In this document: in pieces, positions 1 through 9,798 of the stretch | Position numbering within the stretch: position 1 is the stretch's first letter | How the letters are laid out: every line of letters begins with the position of its first letter | From: a virus | Lineage: Duplodnaviria; Caudoviricetes | IMG/VR virus record: IMGVR_UViG_2603880160_000004 | Coordinates: 1-64,000 of that record | Reading direction: 5' to 3' (one strand) | Length of the DNA: 64,000 nucleotides | Position numbers and translations under genes: made by a program | The notes under the pieces: generated by a model | Told to the model about the DNA's origin: nothing | Databases searched by the model: none | Seen by the model: only the letters and a program-made list of their open reading frames with translations

Positions 1-86
1 CTATGTAAGTTTGTGTTATAGTACTTTGACTAAATGACTTACTACAAAAAAATAATATTAAGAGAGAGATAATATATTTTTTCATT

Positions 87-956
87 TTAAAAATTGATAC
101 CTAAACCAAAAGTACCATTACGTATTATTGGGTCGTAATCAACTTTTAGTGTGAAATTTTTATAATCGTGTAATGTACCTATTTTTATGGTTGTAAATCT
201 ATCTAAATATTTAGGAAATGTTATGTAACCCAAATCATCTTTACCTCTCCATTTAACATCTTCACTTACGGTTCCAATCATCATATGTACACCGGTTCTT
301 TTAATTCTCTTTCCCACACCAACATAAAAACTTTGTCTCTGTATTAAATCATTTACGATTGGAAAGTCAACTTGAGTTATGTTTCCAAAAGGAAAAAATG
401 TTGAGTTATCTCTTTCAACACTTGCGTTGTATTCAACTATAAAATATCCCTTATTACCTATTGTGAAAAATCCACCGACCTGATTGTCAGTTGTTTTTTG
501 AACACCAAAACTGATAACTGGTTTCTTACCTTTAATGGTATCTCTTTTACCATTATCATACACATAAACTCTCGCAGGTTGTCTATAACCCCAATCATTA
601 AAATAAAATCCTTGATTCCAATGATTCCAACCAAATGTAGGTGCTCCCCACATATTCCATCTATTCCATCCCCATCCCCAATCATTAAAGAATGGGTCTC
701 TTACAATAATATTAGAACCTCGTCTATTTTGTTGAGGTCTATTGGATTCTCTTGGTGATTCGTTTCTCCAACTACTCACATTATTTTGTTGTGGTATAGA
801 TGGTTGAACTCTTGTTTGAGTTGATTGTGATGTTTGTGATGATGCTGGAACACTTCCACCAGTTTGTCTCCAAGAACTAACTTGGGAATATAACATTATT
901 GTGCAGAATAATATTAATATTAATATTAAACCTGTAACTAATAAAACCTTTTTCAT
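87..956 (-). CDS. Secreted/outer-membrane protein (signal peptide, Q/S/W-rich linker, beta-rich C-terminus)
   Basis: MKK+hydrophobic N-terminus; alternating beta-strand pattern ending GTFGLGINF (C-terminal Phe, Bam-signal-like). Confidence 0.6.
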   Translation of the reverse strand: MKKVLLVTGLILILILFCTIMLYSQVSSWRQTGGSVPASSQTSQSTQTRVQPSIPQQNNVSSWRNESPRESNRPQQNRRGSNIIVRDPFFNDWGWGWNRWNMWGAPTFGWNHWNQGFYFNDWGYRQPARVYVYDNGKRDTIKGKKPVISFGVQKTTDNQVGGFFTIGNKGYFIVEYNASVERDNSTFFPFGNITQVDFPIVNDLIQRQSFYVGVGKRIKRTGVHMMIGTVSEDVKWRGKDDLGYITFPKYLDRFTTIKIGTLHDYKNFTLKVDYDPIIRNGTFGLGINF

Positions 957-1132
957 GTTGTTTCAGTTAAAATTGTGGTTAATAAATAACCGGTTATTAT
1001 TGGGACTGGTGAAAATATTAAAAAAAAGAACAACAACCTCCAAACTAATGGATCAACATTGGTACGGTGACTTAAACCACTGCACACACCAAAGAAAACT
1101 TTATCGTCGTGAACTCTCTTAAACTTTTTCAT
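953..1132 (-). CDS. PspC domain membrane protein (59 aa, not in ORF track)
   Basis: Manual translation MKKFKRVHDDKVFFGVCSGLSHRTNVDPLVWRLLFFFLIF... matches the PspC pattern R...D+..xGVCxGL....DP..xR; TATTTATA motif upstream. Confidence 0.75.
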   Translation of the reverse strand: MKKFKRVHDDKVFFGVCSGLSHRTNVDPLVWRLLFFFLIFSPVPIITGYLLTTILTETT

Positions 1133-1156
1133 ATAATATAAATATTAAAAAAGGGG

Positions 1157-1390
1157 TTATAAAACCCCTTTTAAACATATTCTATCTAATTCTTCTTGTC
1201 TTAAACCTATGGTTGAATCTATTTGTCCTCCGTCGGATAAAATATTTACTAAATAAAGACCAAATTTTTTATCACTTATCTCAATTTCTTGCCCATATAT
1301 AAACCCCATTTCCATTAATTTTAATCTCATACATGGTGTGCAATTTTCACAAGGATTATTTTGTGGAACGTCCACTACTTCGTATTTCAT
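1157..1390 (-). CDS. FeoA-like SH3 domain protein
   Basis: RLKLMEMGFIYGQEIEI...IGLRQEELDRI resembles the FeoA consensus. Confidence 0.65.
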   Translation of the reverse strand: MKYEVVDVPQNNPCENCTPCMRLKLMEMGFIYGQEIEISDKKFGLYLVNILSDGGQIDSTIGLRQEELDRICLKGVL

Positions 1391-2109
1391 TATTTCGTGA
1401 ATATACCTTTTTTAATCATTCTATCAAGGATGTTAGCACATGCAATGTCTAAAGCTTTCTTTGTTGCAATACTAATTGTTGACTGATTGAATTTAATTGG
1501 GTCAATGGTTGCGTCAGATAAAAGGGTTAACTCTCTTTTTGTGGTTGCCTCACCTAAACCTGACCCACCAAACAAGACACCTGTCTCAGCATCCGTAAAT
1601 CTAACCTGAAGACCTATACGAGTAACCATATTGTCTTTAATACCGTCTTTTAGGTTGATGGTCTCATCTTCAGACACCGAGTAATCATAACACTCAATCG
1701 TTACAAAATATTTCGCTAAATTGATCTTACCACGACCGTCTAACTTATTCTCAGAAATACCTGCGGCAGACGCTTGAAATTGTTTTATCATGCGATTCTT
1801 AATTTCTGTCTTATCCTCAGTAAATTTGAATCTGTTTAAGTTTTCAAGGTATTCCATTGAAATATTAGCAACCCCCAAACCAACACGTTTTTCTTTCAAT
1901 TCAGGATACATCTCGTACATCTCATCAGAAATACCCGCCTTTAATATTTGAATTGGAATTTGAGGACCGTCGTAGTCCATGTAAGCACTTATATCTCTTT
2001 TCTTTTCAAAGTCCGCCTGATAAGACTCTGTCTTTGTTTTACCAATTGTTTGACTATTTGCAACAAGACTTACTAAACAAACGCTTAATAATATTAATAA
2101 TTTTTTCAT
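1390..2109 (-). CDS. CsgG/HfaB-like secreted protein
   Basis: Signal peptide; LENLNRFKFTED and IGLQVRFTDAETG..GSGLGEA..ATKKALDIA resemble the CsgG/TolB-N fold. Confidence 0.65.
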   Translation of the reverse strand: MKKLLILLSVCLVSLVANSQTIGKTKTESYQADFEKKRDISAYMDYDGPQIPIQILKAGISDEMYEMYPELKEKRVGLGVANISMEYLENLNRFKFTEDKTEIKNRMIKQFQASAAGISENKLDGRGKINLAKYFVTIECYDYSVSEDETINLKDGIKDNMVTRIGLQVRFTDAETGVLFGGSGLGEATTKRELTLLSDATIDPIKFNQSTISIATKKALDIACANILDRMIKKGIFTK

Positions 2110-2118
2110 ATATTTTTT

Positions 2119-2862
2119 TTAAGGGTTCCATTTATTTAATGCACTTATGTAGTTACTCGTCATATGATCCTTAGCGGTTTTACCTGTGAATACGGCTTTA
2201 AGATATTCACCTACTCTTTGCCAGTCAATCATCCATTTTTTGATTTTACCTTCACCGTCAATACGTAATTCGGTATTAACGTGATGATATCCGATATTTG
2301 GGGCACGAGTAACAACATCTAAATTATTAACAATCCTTAATGATTCAATTGATGATTTATCAAAGTTCTGTTTGAATACTTTATTACCAACTCTTGGACT
2401 ACCGATAGTACAACATATAATTTTATTTGATTTATAAATTGAATAAATCTCATATGCACATAAGGTAGAAACTGCAGCTCCCAAACTGTGACCGCAAACA
2501 ATAATATTATCAACTTCACCCTCCCCACCTAATGTGGATAATGCTTTTTCAAATGATTTATAAGTTTCGTCTTTAACAGCGTCCCAAGATGATTTAAATC
2601 CAATGTGAACTTTTTCACCATCTTGAACAAATGGAACTTTATCAATTGATGCGTCGTTTTGGAAATCCTTTTTAGAAGAACTTCCTCTCCAAACGATATA
2701 GATAGATTTATCCTTTGTGGCGACAAATCCTTGTGTATCTGTTTTTTTATCATCAATCCATTTAATTAATTTTAATCTTTGTGCTTTAAAATCAATGTCT
2801 TTTTGTTCTGAATATACTTTCTCGGTTAAACCGACGTTGTATAGTATTTCGTTTTTTGTCAT
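2119..2862 (-). CDS. Class 3 lipase
   Basis: VWRGS, VHIGF, CGHSLG nucleophile elbow, GSPRVGN, DVVTRAP, C-terminal DH. Confidence 0.9.
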   Translation of the reverse strand: MTKNEILYNVGLTEKVYSEQKDIDFKAQRLKLIKWIDDKKTDTQGFVATKDKSIYIVWRGSSSKKDFQNDASIDKVPFVQDGEKVHIGFKSSWDAVKDETYKSFEKALSTLGGEGEVDNIIVCGHSLGAAVSTLCAYEIYSIYKSNKIICCTIGSPRVGNKVFKQNFDKSSIESLRIVNNLDVVTRAPNIGYHHVNTELRIDGEGKIKKWMIDWQRVGEYLKAVFTGKTAKDHMTSNYISALNKWNP

Positions 2863-2886
2863 TGTGTATTTGTTTTTGTTATATTA

Positions 2887-3123
2887 TTACTGTCTTGCTG
2901 GCCATATACCACGAGTGGCTATTATGTATTTCATACCATCCATAGGTGGTTCCATTTTAGGTACAGCAAATAAATTTGGTGTTGCTCCGTATCTATCTTG
3001 CAGTAATACATATAACGCCTCATTTTCCCTTATGTTTAATAATTGTCCGTTGCATTCTACATATCCTTGAGGAGCGTAGCCTCCTGCAAATAATTTAATT
3101 GCCCCAATTAATTCTTCTTCCAT
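2887..3123 (-). CDS. Phage tail-collar domain protein (minimal)
   Basis: IGAIKLFAGGYAPQGYVECNGQLL..LY.LL..YG..FAVP and C-terminal YIIATRGIWP. Confidence 0.8.
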   Translation of the reverse strand: MEEELIGAIKLFAGGYAPQGYVECNGQLLNIRENEALYVLLQDRYGATPNLFAVPKMEPPMDGMKYIIATRGIWPARQ

Positions 3124-3126
3124 AGT

Positions 3127-4200
3127 TTATTGTGTTTTTGTTTTAGATTGATCACCCTTCTTTAAAAATATATCAAATATTGTTTTAGGACAATATTCTA
3201 CAAGTAATATTAAACCCTTCCTTAATGTGGAGTTTTTTACAACGTGGTTTAAAATATCTTTAATAATCTCTTTAATGGCGAAATTTTTAGTATCAAAATA
3301 GGTTCCATCAAAATATCTTGGACTTGTTCCCTCACCACCTGGTGAACCGTGATGTGCACCTATGGAAGTACGCCAATAGTCAGCGTGATTTTGCCATTCA
3401 GGAACTGAAACTAATTCAGGTGAATCAAAAAATAAATTCCACGATAATACATTACCCTTTTGTAACATATTACCCGTACCTAAGTTAAAAAGATTTAAAA
3501 AGTATTGATTAAACTTATCTAATTTGTGATCACTTGTTGTTACCATTCCTCCTATTTCTACATTGATATGTCCTGTACTATATGCTTCTTCCTTTATGGC
3601 AAAATCAGGATTCTTAAATCTTGGTGATAAACCCTTTCCGAGTTGAAATATAGGTTCTTTAGGATTTCCTGGTAGATGTGTTAAAACACGAATAGCATTT
3701 TCTTTGTTGATAGGATACTTACGAGAACTGTATTTTAATAATGGCCAAATTGCTCTTAATAGACCACCTTGATTTTCACCTGGTGTTAACCAAATTTTTC
3801 CCTCAACCATCATATCCGCAGCAATTTCCTTTGTGTCTTCATTAACCCATCCTCTTTGTCCCGTAACTGTTACTTCCACATTGATACAAATCTCATCTCC
3901 AATCCACATCCCTTGTTGAGGACAGATTATGGAATAAATTCTACCTTCATTGGTATATCCTATTCTTGAAATATAAGGAGCAAATTGTACATAACAACGT
4001 TTTGGGTCTTTTTCTCCATTTAGGGTATTCCAACTAAACATTGGCCATTTAACACCCCATTGTCTTTGTAGTAAATTAATGTTATCCATATTACCCAACA
4101 TAGGTAATGAAGTTAAATCTGTGGTAGGATATAGCATTTTCTTTTGTTTTTCAGATGGAAAACCACCTTGCCATCCCGTAGGAATTTGTTCGTTTGTCAT
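3127..4200 (-). CDS. Hypothetical protein
   Basis: 357-aa ORF with TATTTATA motif upstream. Confidence 0.7.
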   Translation of the reverse strand: MTNEQIPTGWQGGFPSEKQKKMLYPTTDLTSLPMLGNMDNINLLQRQWGVKWPMFSWNTLNGEKDPKRCYVQFAPYISRIGYTNEGRIYSIICPQQGMWIGDEICINVEVTVTGQRGWVNEDTKEIAADMMVEGKIWLTPGENQGGLLRAIWPLLKYSSRKYPINKENAIRVLTHLPGNPKEPIFQLGKGLSPRFKNPDFAIKEEAYSTGHINVEIGGMVTTSDHKLDKFNQYFLNLFNLGTGNMLQKGNVLSWNLFFDSPELVSVPEWQNHADYWRTSIGAHHGSPGGEGTSPRYFDGTYFDTKNFAIKEIIKDILNHVVKNSTLRKGLILLVEYCPKTIFDIFLKKGDQSKTKTQ

Positions 4201-4250
4201 ATTCTTTTAATATAAATACACAAAAAAGGGAGTTTTTAACTCCCTTTTTA

Positions 4251-4499
4251 TTAACCTTCTGTTTCTTCTTTCTTTTTGTGAGAGAATTTATCCAAAGTAT
4301 CTGCACCCATTCCAATTCCCGTGATTAACATCACCGCATTCACCAATTCAGGTGATGGAGCGAAATCCGCGTGAGAGAACGAATTTAAAATCATCGTAAC
4401 ACATAGGAATAAAGCACCTATCATTGCTATCACCGGTTTTACCGATATTGATCCTCTTTCATCTTTGAAAATTTCAATAACCCATTGTTTAAAGTTCAT
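4251..4499 (-). CDS. Small two-TM membrane protein (holin-like topology)
   Basis: Likely start MNFKQW at 4499; two hydrophobic segments and a charged tail. Confidence 0.55.
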   Translation of the reverse strand: MNFKQWVIEIFKDERGSISVKPVIAMIGALFLCVTMILNSFSHADFAPSPELVNAVMLITGIGMGADTLDKFSHKKKEETEG

Positions 4500-4527
4500 A
4501 GTTTTTATTTTTTGTCTTTTGTTTATT

Positions 4528-5196
4528 TTATCCTTCCGTGTGCATTTCTGCATTTTCATCTTTTATTTTACCACATTTCAAACACTCCTCGGTACCATCA
4601 CCGTCCAAGTCACCCCAAACGTGTTCACATTGTCTATGTGCGAAATACATGTCAATTTTACCATCACCATCAAAATCAATACCATCCATTGTACCATCAC
4701 CATCCTCATCTACTTCAACACCAGTTCTTGGTTGTGATTTGAAAGGACTTTCAACAACTTGAGGATTATTTGGTTCTGATTTTACCTCTACTTTGTTTAC
4801 CTCAATTAAGTTGATTTCATGTGCGTTCTTTGCGGCTTGCACAAATGCATCTGGAATCAATGGAGTGTTATTTGGTGGAGTTACAGGCATATCAGCAGTA
4901 TTACTCATTGACGTACCATCTTCTTCGTCCATTTTCTGAACTAACATCTTATCCTTATCAGTATCACTAAACCAATAGTCAATGATTTTACCATAACTAC
5001 CGATAAACGCTCCTAATAATAATAAAAGAAGTTCTTTCCATTCTCCTTCAATCGTAGATTTATTTAATATACCAAAGAACATTCCTCCAATAATAATCAT
5101 AAATCCACCTAACACTATCGCAGTGATATACCACCTGCGTTTCATCATATTTGCTAATAAATCCTTAAATCCGCTTGGCGGTTGTTCATTACTCAT
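4528..5196 (-). CDS. Membrane protein with DxDGDG Ca-binding-like repeats
   Basis: Two TM segments; DEDGDG, DFDGDG, DLDGDG; C-x2-C near the end. Confidence 0.65.
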   Translation of the reverse strand: MSNEQPPSGFKDLLANMMKRRWYITAIVLGGFMIIIGGMFFGILNKSTIEGEWKELLLLLLGAFIGSYGKIIDYWFSDTDKDKMLVQKMDEEDGTSMSNTADMPVTPPNNTPLIPDAFVQAAKNAHEINLIEVNKVEVKSEPNNPQVVESPFKSQPRTGVEVDEDGDGTMDGIDFDGDGKIDMYFAHRQCEHVWGDLDGDGTEECLKCGKIKDENAEMHTEG

Positions 5197-5213
5197 CTTT
5201 TTTTAATTTAAAA

Positions 5214-5522
5214 TTACCATTTAGGGGCTTCTTCTTTAAACTCATCACCTTCTTTCTTCTTCACAGGAGCAGCTGGTTTTGCTGGTTCACCTGTTTTTTC
5301 TTTAATAATTACAGTCTTACCACCCGCAGCTTGTTGTTGTTGGTTTGAGTTTGTAATGTTGATTACAGGAGCCGCTTGTTGAACGGGAGTCTCTTTTTCG
5401 TCACCACCTGTTAATTTTGTTGTAAACCAACCACCTACACCTAATGTGATGGTGCTCACTAAACCGATAATGATGTTCTTAATTGAACCACCGGTTGATT
5501 GTTCTTGTTGTTCTTCTGCCAT
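5214..5522 (-). CDS. Single-TM hypothetical protein
   Basis: Hydrophobic segment followed by Q/P/K-rich tail. Confidence 0.6.
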   Translation of the reverse strand: MAEEQQEQSTGGSIKNIIIGLVSTITLGVGGWFTTKLTGGDEKETPVQQAAPVINITNSNQQQQAAGGKTVIIKEKTGEPAKPAAPVKKKEGDEFKEEAPKW

Positions 5523-5554
5523 AATTTTGTGTTTTTTGTCTTTATATAATTATC

Positions 5555-5923
5555 TTAAATTTTATTAAAATCAGTAATTCCTAACATATTACCTGCCGAA
5601 TCGTATAAGGCAATTCTATATGCTGATGATGGTAATGCTGATGTATACACTCTTAAAATGTTATCACCAACCTTTACGTCACTTGTTGATTTTGATACTA
5701 CTCTATTGGAAATGTCAAATATTTTGACAGTTACCTTCTGAGCAACATCACTTTTTATGTTCATAGCAACTTCACTTGTTATAAATGGAGTTTCTAATTT
5801 TAATCCCACTGAACTTGAGATTTTAAGGTTGTCACTAATCACCTGTGGTTGTGCTGGTATGTCAACTTTTCTACAACCAACAAGTAAGATTAATCCAAAG
5901 AGTACGAGAGATACTTTTTTCAT
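5555..5923 (-). CDS. Lipoprotein with T9SS-CTD/FlgD-like Ig domain
   Basis: Lipobox LVGC; VKIFDISNRVV...G.N...LPSSAY pattern typical of T9SS type-A CTD folds. Confidence 0.6.
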   Translation of the reverse strand: MKKVSLVLFGLILLVGCRKVDIPAQPQVISDNLKISSSVGLKLETPFITSEVAMNIKSDVAQKVTVKIFDISNRVVSKSTSDVKVGDNILRVYTSALPSSAYRIALYDSAGNMLGITDFNKI

Positions 5924-5935
5924 TTTTTGTCTTTT

Positions 5936-6289
5936 TTAATTTATAATTATTCTTGTTTTACCTATTTCATTATTATTTTGATCCTTTAATACGACACTTA
6001 GGTACTTTGTCGGTAAGGTATTAGTAAATATTTTAAGAGGGTTTAATCCCACTTTTCCTGCGAATCTTTCTCTTGACACTACTTGGTTTTGAACCGTATC
6101 AATCATCGTTAAAGTGTATACTCCTACTGTGGTTAGATTAATATTAATTACGTCCCCGTTTTTTACCTTATTTTCAGATAAGGAGAAAAATTCCACATTT
6201 GTCGGTGACACAGGTGTAAACGGAACCGTTTTTTTACATGATAATATAAAAACCAAACAACACAATAATATAATTTTAATATGTTTCAT
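5936..6289 (-). CDS. Lipoprotein, paralog of 5555-5923
   Basis: Lipobox ILSC-KK; shared VVS.E...G.N.LKIFT..LP motif. Confidence 0.6.
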   Translation of the reverse strand: MKHIKIILLCCLVFILSCKKTVPFTPVSPTNVEFFSLSENKVKNGDVININLTTVGVYTLTMIDTVQNQVVSRERFAGKVGLNPLKIFTNTLPTKYLSVVLKDQNNNEIGKTRIIIN

Positions 6290-6292
6290 ATT

Positions 6293-7186
6293 TTAAAATT
6301 GAAAGTTTGTTCCTATCATAAATAGAATTGGGTTACTCTTTTTATACCCAACCGATTCACTTAATTTATCCCAAGTTGTGTTATATCTGATGTTAGTGTT
6401 TAATATAAATCTTTTGGTTATTTTCCAATCCATAGATGTACCATAATATAAGTCCAAATTGAAATCATTTAAATATGCTAAATCCGATGCGGTACCATCT
6501 TTGAATACTTTGTAGATGTCACTCATAGCAAATACTTGTGGTGAGATATTAACTCTCTTTGTTTTAAATGTATATGTATACATCACCATACCTTTGTAAT
6601 TTATTTGAGATGATGCCGGCATGATTGGGTATATCAAATCCACAAAGTTTCCATTTTCGTCTACCGTATATTTTCCTTCCCATTGACCGTTGTACGTTCC
6701 CCAAAAAGATTTTGATGCAATTAAACTATATCCAAATGTTCCAAACTTTTTAGTTCTGAATACATCTATGAATGAAAGTGTAATATCTTTTTGGAAATCA
6801 AAATCCGTTGAATAAAAAGATTGTAATGTTGTGGTTCTTGTGTCCGTATTTCTGGTGAAACCATAACCCACACCATAATACTTCCATATCGGATTTATTG
6901 ATGATGAGAATGAGTGACCCCATTTACCATTTTTAGATGTTTTACTATATCCTAAATTTAATGTAGTAGATACTTGTTTTCCAATTATACCAACTGATAG
7001 GTTTGAGGATGATAGAACATCTTTTGAAAAATCAATATATGATTCTAATATTCCCAAATTATTCCAATCACCACTTTCTCCAAATAATTCTTTTGGTGAT
7101 AATTGTAATGTATCTGGTTTTACAATTTGTGCGTTTGAAACAAATGTTGTCAAAATTAGTGATAATATGATTATTAGTTTTTTCAT
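6293..7186 (-). CDS. Putative outer-membrane beta-barrel protein
   Basis: Signal peptide (SNA/Q), aromatic alternating strands, C-terminal IGTNFQF. Confidence 0.6.
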   Translation of the reverse strand: MKKLIIILSLILTTFVSNAQIVKPDTLQLSPKELFGESGDWNNLGILESYIDFSKDVLSSSNLSVGIIGKQVSTTLNLGYSKTSKNGKWGHSFSSSINPIWKYYGVGYGFTRNTDTRTTTLQSFYSTDFDFQKDITLSFIDVFRTKKFGTFGYSLIASKSFWGTYNGQWEGKYTVDENGNFVDLIYPIMPASSQINYKGMVMYTYTFKTKRVNISPQVFAMSDIYKVFKDGTASDLAYLNDFNLDLYYGTSMDWKITKRFILNTNIRYNTTWDKLSESVGYKKSNPILFMIGTNFQF

Positions 7187-9795
7187 TATTTTAATTTAAT
7201 TTTTAATTGTAATCCTCCTTGATTTACAGCGTCAGTAGAACCGATAGAAATTAAACCAAATATATTATCTAATTTAGATTTTGCCGTGAACGATATTTTA
7301 TATTCTGTTGTTTTATCTAATGATGTAGTTCCATCACTAACTAAAGATCCTAAATTAATATATGAACCTTTATCATTACCAAAGTTCATTGGAGAACCCT
7401 TTGTTTTAAATGTCACATTATTAAATTTCAATAATGAATTGTCATAGTTTAATTGAAATTGGGTCCCCACTACATTTTGTTGTAATGGATCAAACGTAAT
7501 ATAAGCGTAAACACTATCACCAATCACTTCAGTTATAATTGATGCGTTGATATCAGTTGATATCGGTGCACTCATTGATGTTCTAACCGACATCGTTGTG
7601 ATGTTATTTGATGGTGGTGTTGCCGAATGAGATAAGTTCACATCACCTTTCCAACTAACAGCCAAATCATAGTTATAAGTTATTACATTATCTAATAAAC
7701 TGAAATTATATGTTTTTCCTGCAAAATTTTGAAATGATTGCCAAGTAGATTTACCAATTTTATTATAAATTGAATCAGGTATTAAACGAATCGTATTATC
7801 TAATGTATAACTACTAACTAAATCTTGTACACCCGTTAAGTTCTGTAATAATTTAAAACAATCAACTTCATTGAAAACTCCATTGTCATCAACATCCGCA
7901 TTTTTATACTGAATACCATATGTAAATTCATTTCCACTTTGATTTCCAAAAATCCCTCCGTTTGCCAATTCTTTAAATGCTAAATAAACATCCGATACTG
8001 TTACAATACTATTGTATAATGTTTTTAATTCGGTGGAATTATATTCTTGTAATTCCATTCTATGTTGTTTGAATGCACCTTGTTGAGTTAGTCCAATACC
8101 ACATTGAAATGCGTAATCGGTGTTCCAACCATTTACATTTCTGATATATTGATTATATGCCGATGTTCCGTTAGTTATTTTAGTTAATGGTGACGGTACG
8201 GTATATATTGCCCAACCGTTATTGTCATGTGATGTATACGTAACAGGTCCATCATACGCATCTAATATTTTTACATTTGATATTTTAGTTGGGTCTATAT
8301 TTCCAACTTGTCTCATATCAATTAACAATCTACTATTACCATTTAACCAACTTGCATTTGGGTTTGTGTAAGACCATTCAGAACCGCCGGGAGATATGGT
8401 CGCTTTGTATGACATTGGTGCCGATACAAATTGGTAACTTAAACCCCATCCACCATAACCCGATGTTGATACTCCATTACGAGTTGATCCAATATATTCA
8501 TTTAATCCCTGAACTACTTTAATATAAACTTCTTTTGTTTCTCCGTTTGCAATAAATCCAGCATGAACTGCAGCACACGGAATATACGAATCACTTGTAT
8601 AGATGTCGGTTCCCCATATTGCTCCACCTACCGTACCCGTTATTGTTATTCTATATATCTTACCAATATCTGATTCACTGAATTGTTGCATATCAGATGT
8701 TCCTGCGGACAATGGAATGCCGGTTGTATAAATCTTTGTGGTATCTATTTGATTTGAAAGATATACTTTACCCAAACCACTCAACGGTTTATAACCATCT
8801 GAAGCCGTCCAATTTGAATTTGAATCAGTTCTTTTGAATACTTGAGCTAAAAATTTTGTTTTATCAATTGAACTATTGAATTTAAATCCAAATAGAGTTT
8901 TTATAGTTTCTCCGTTTGAATGAGTTACACTATTCGTATAAAATTCAGTAAATGTTTGATTGTCAGGATTTGTCCAAGTCCCATATTCAATTACATAAGC
9001 ACAACTAAAATGATTTGGTAAATCGTTCCATTGAGAACCGCCACCCCATTTAGTTACTGCGTAATCTTCATTACCACTATCGTTTGGTTCACCTGGTGCC
9101 CAGTTATTATATTGACCAGGAATGTTTCCGTTTAATTGTCCGTTGTTAATTTTGATTAGAGTTCCCTTTTCAGGTCCTGCATCTATTGTCCATCTAGCTT
9201 CACTTACTTCATCCGTTAATGCGAACCATATATTACCTTGTGGAACATTATTAAAAATAAACGCATCTTCGTCAGCAGAAGTGATTGTCACCAAATATCC
9301 CGTCTGTCCTTTGAATGTTGTTAATAGTGATGCCGCTCTTGCGTTTGTATAAGTTGCCCCTGTTGATATTGGTCTATAAAAGTGTCCGTTTACTCCATTG
9401 TAAAAATACCCAACCGGATTTACTGTTGCGGCAACTGAAATATTAACATCAGCTTTAATTGCACCGGTGTTTACTTTTAGATTTTCCAATGCCGTATTGA
9501 TACTAGCCATTGTACCTGTTACCACTAAACGAGTTTTATTACCACTTAAAGTAAATCCACTTGCCGCACTTAATCCCGTTGTTGTTCCTAAATAGAATGT
9601 TGTACCTGATGGAGGATTAACTAAACTAATTGATGCAAGTAAGGTTGATGTTGCACCGAATCCACTTAATGAAAATCCACTTGCATCTTGTCCTGTAGTA
9701 CTGACAACAAATGATTTAGGGTCTGGTGCCGTTACTGACTGACCAAACCCTAAAAATGATATAAATAAAAATAATACTAATAATAGTTTTTTCAT
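7186..9795 (-). CDS. Secreted adhesin-like protein: C-type lectin + LCCL + dockerin-like + cohesin-like domains
   Basis: GYLVTITS.DE..FI, WAPGEPND, WNDL (CTLD); IWGTDIYTSDSYIPCAAVHAG (LCCL); ADVDDNGVFNEVD; GTQFQLNYDNSLLKF (cohesin-like). Confidence 0.75.
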   Translation of the reverse strand: MKKLLLVLFLFISFLGFGQSVTAPDPKSFVVSTTGQDASGFSLSGFGATSTLLASISLVNPPSGTTFYLGTTTGLSAASGFTLSGNKTRLVVTGTMASINTALENLKVNTGAIKADVNISVAATVNPVGYFYNGVNGHFYRPISTGATYTNARAASLLTTFKGQTGYLVTITSADEDAFIFNNVPQGNIWFALTDEVSEARWTIDAGPEKGTLIKINNGQLNGNIPGQYNNWAPGEPNDSGNEDYAVTKWGGGSQWNDLPNHFSCAYVIEYGTWTNPDNQTFTEFYTNSVTHSNGETIKTLFGFKFNSSIDKTKFLAQVFKRTDSNSNWTASDGYKPLSGLGKVYLSNQIDTTKIYTTGIPLSAGTSDMQQFSESDIGKIYRITITGTVGGAIWGTDIYTSDSYIPCAAVHAGFIANGETKEVYIKVVQGLNEYIGSTRNGVSTSGYGGWGLSYQFVSAPMSYKATISPGGSEWSYTNPNASWLNGNSRLLIDMRQVGNIDPTKISNVKILDAYDGPVTYTSHDNNGWAIYTVPSPLTKITNGTSAYNQYIRNVNGWNTDYAFQCGIGLTQQGAFKQHRMELQEYNSTELKTLYNSIVTVSDVYLAFKELANGGIFGNQSGNEFTYGIQYKNADVDDNGVFNEVDCFKLLQNLTGVQDLVSSYTLDNTIRLIPDSIYNKIGKSTWQSFQNFAGKTYNFSLLDNVITYNYDLAVSWKGDVNLSHSATPPSNNITTMSVRTSMSAPISTDINASIITEVIGDSVYAYITFDPLQQNVVGTQFQLNYDNSLLKFNNVTFKTKGSPMNFGNDKGSYINLGSLVSDGTTSLDKTTEYKISFTAKSKLDNIFGLISIGSTDAVNQGGLQLKIKLK

Positions 9796-9798
9796 AAA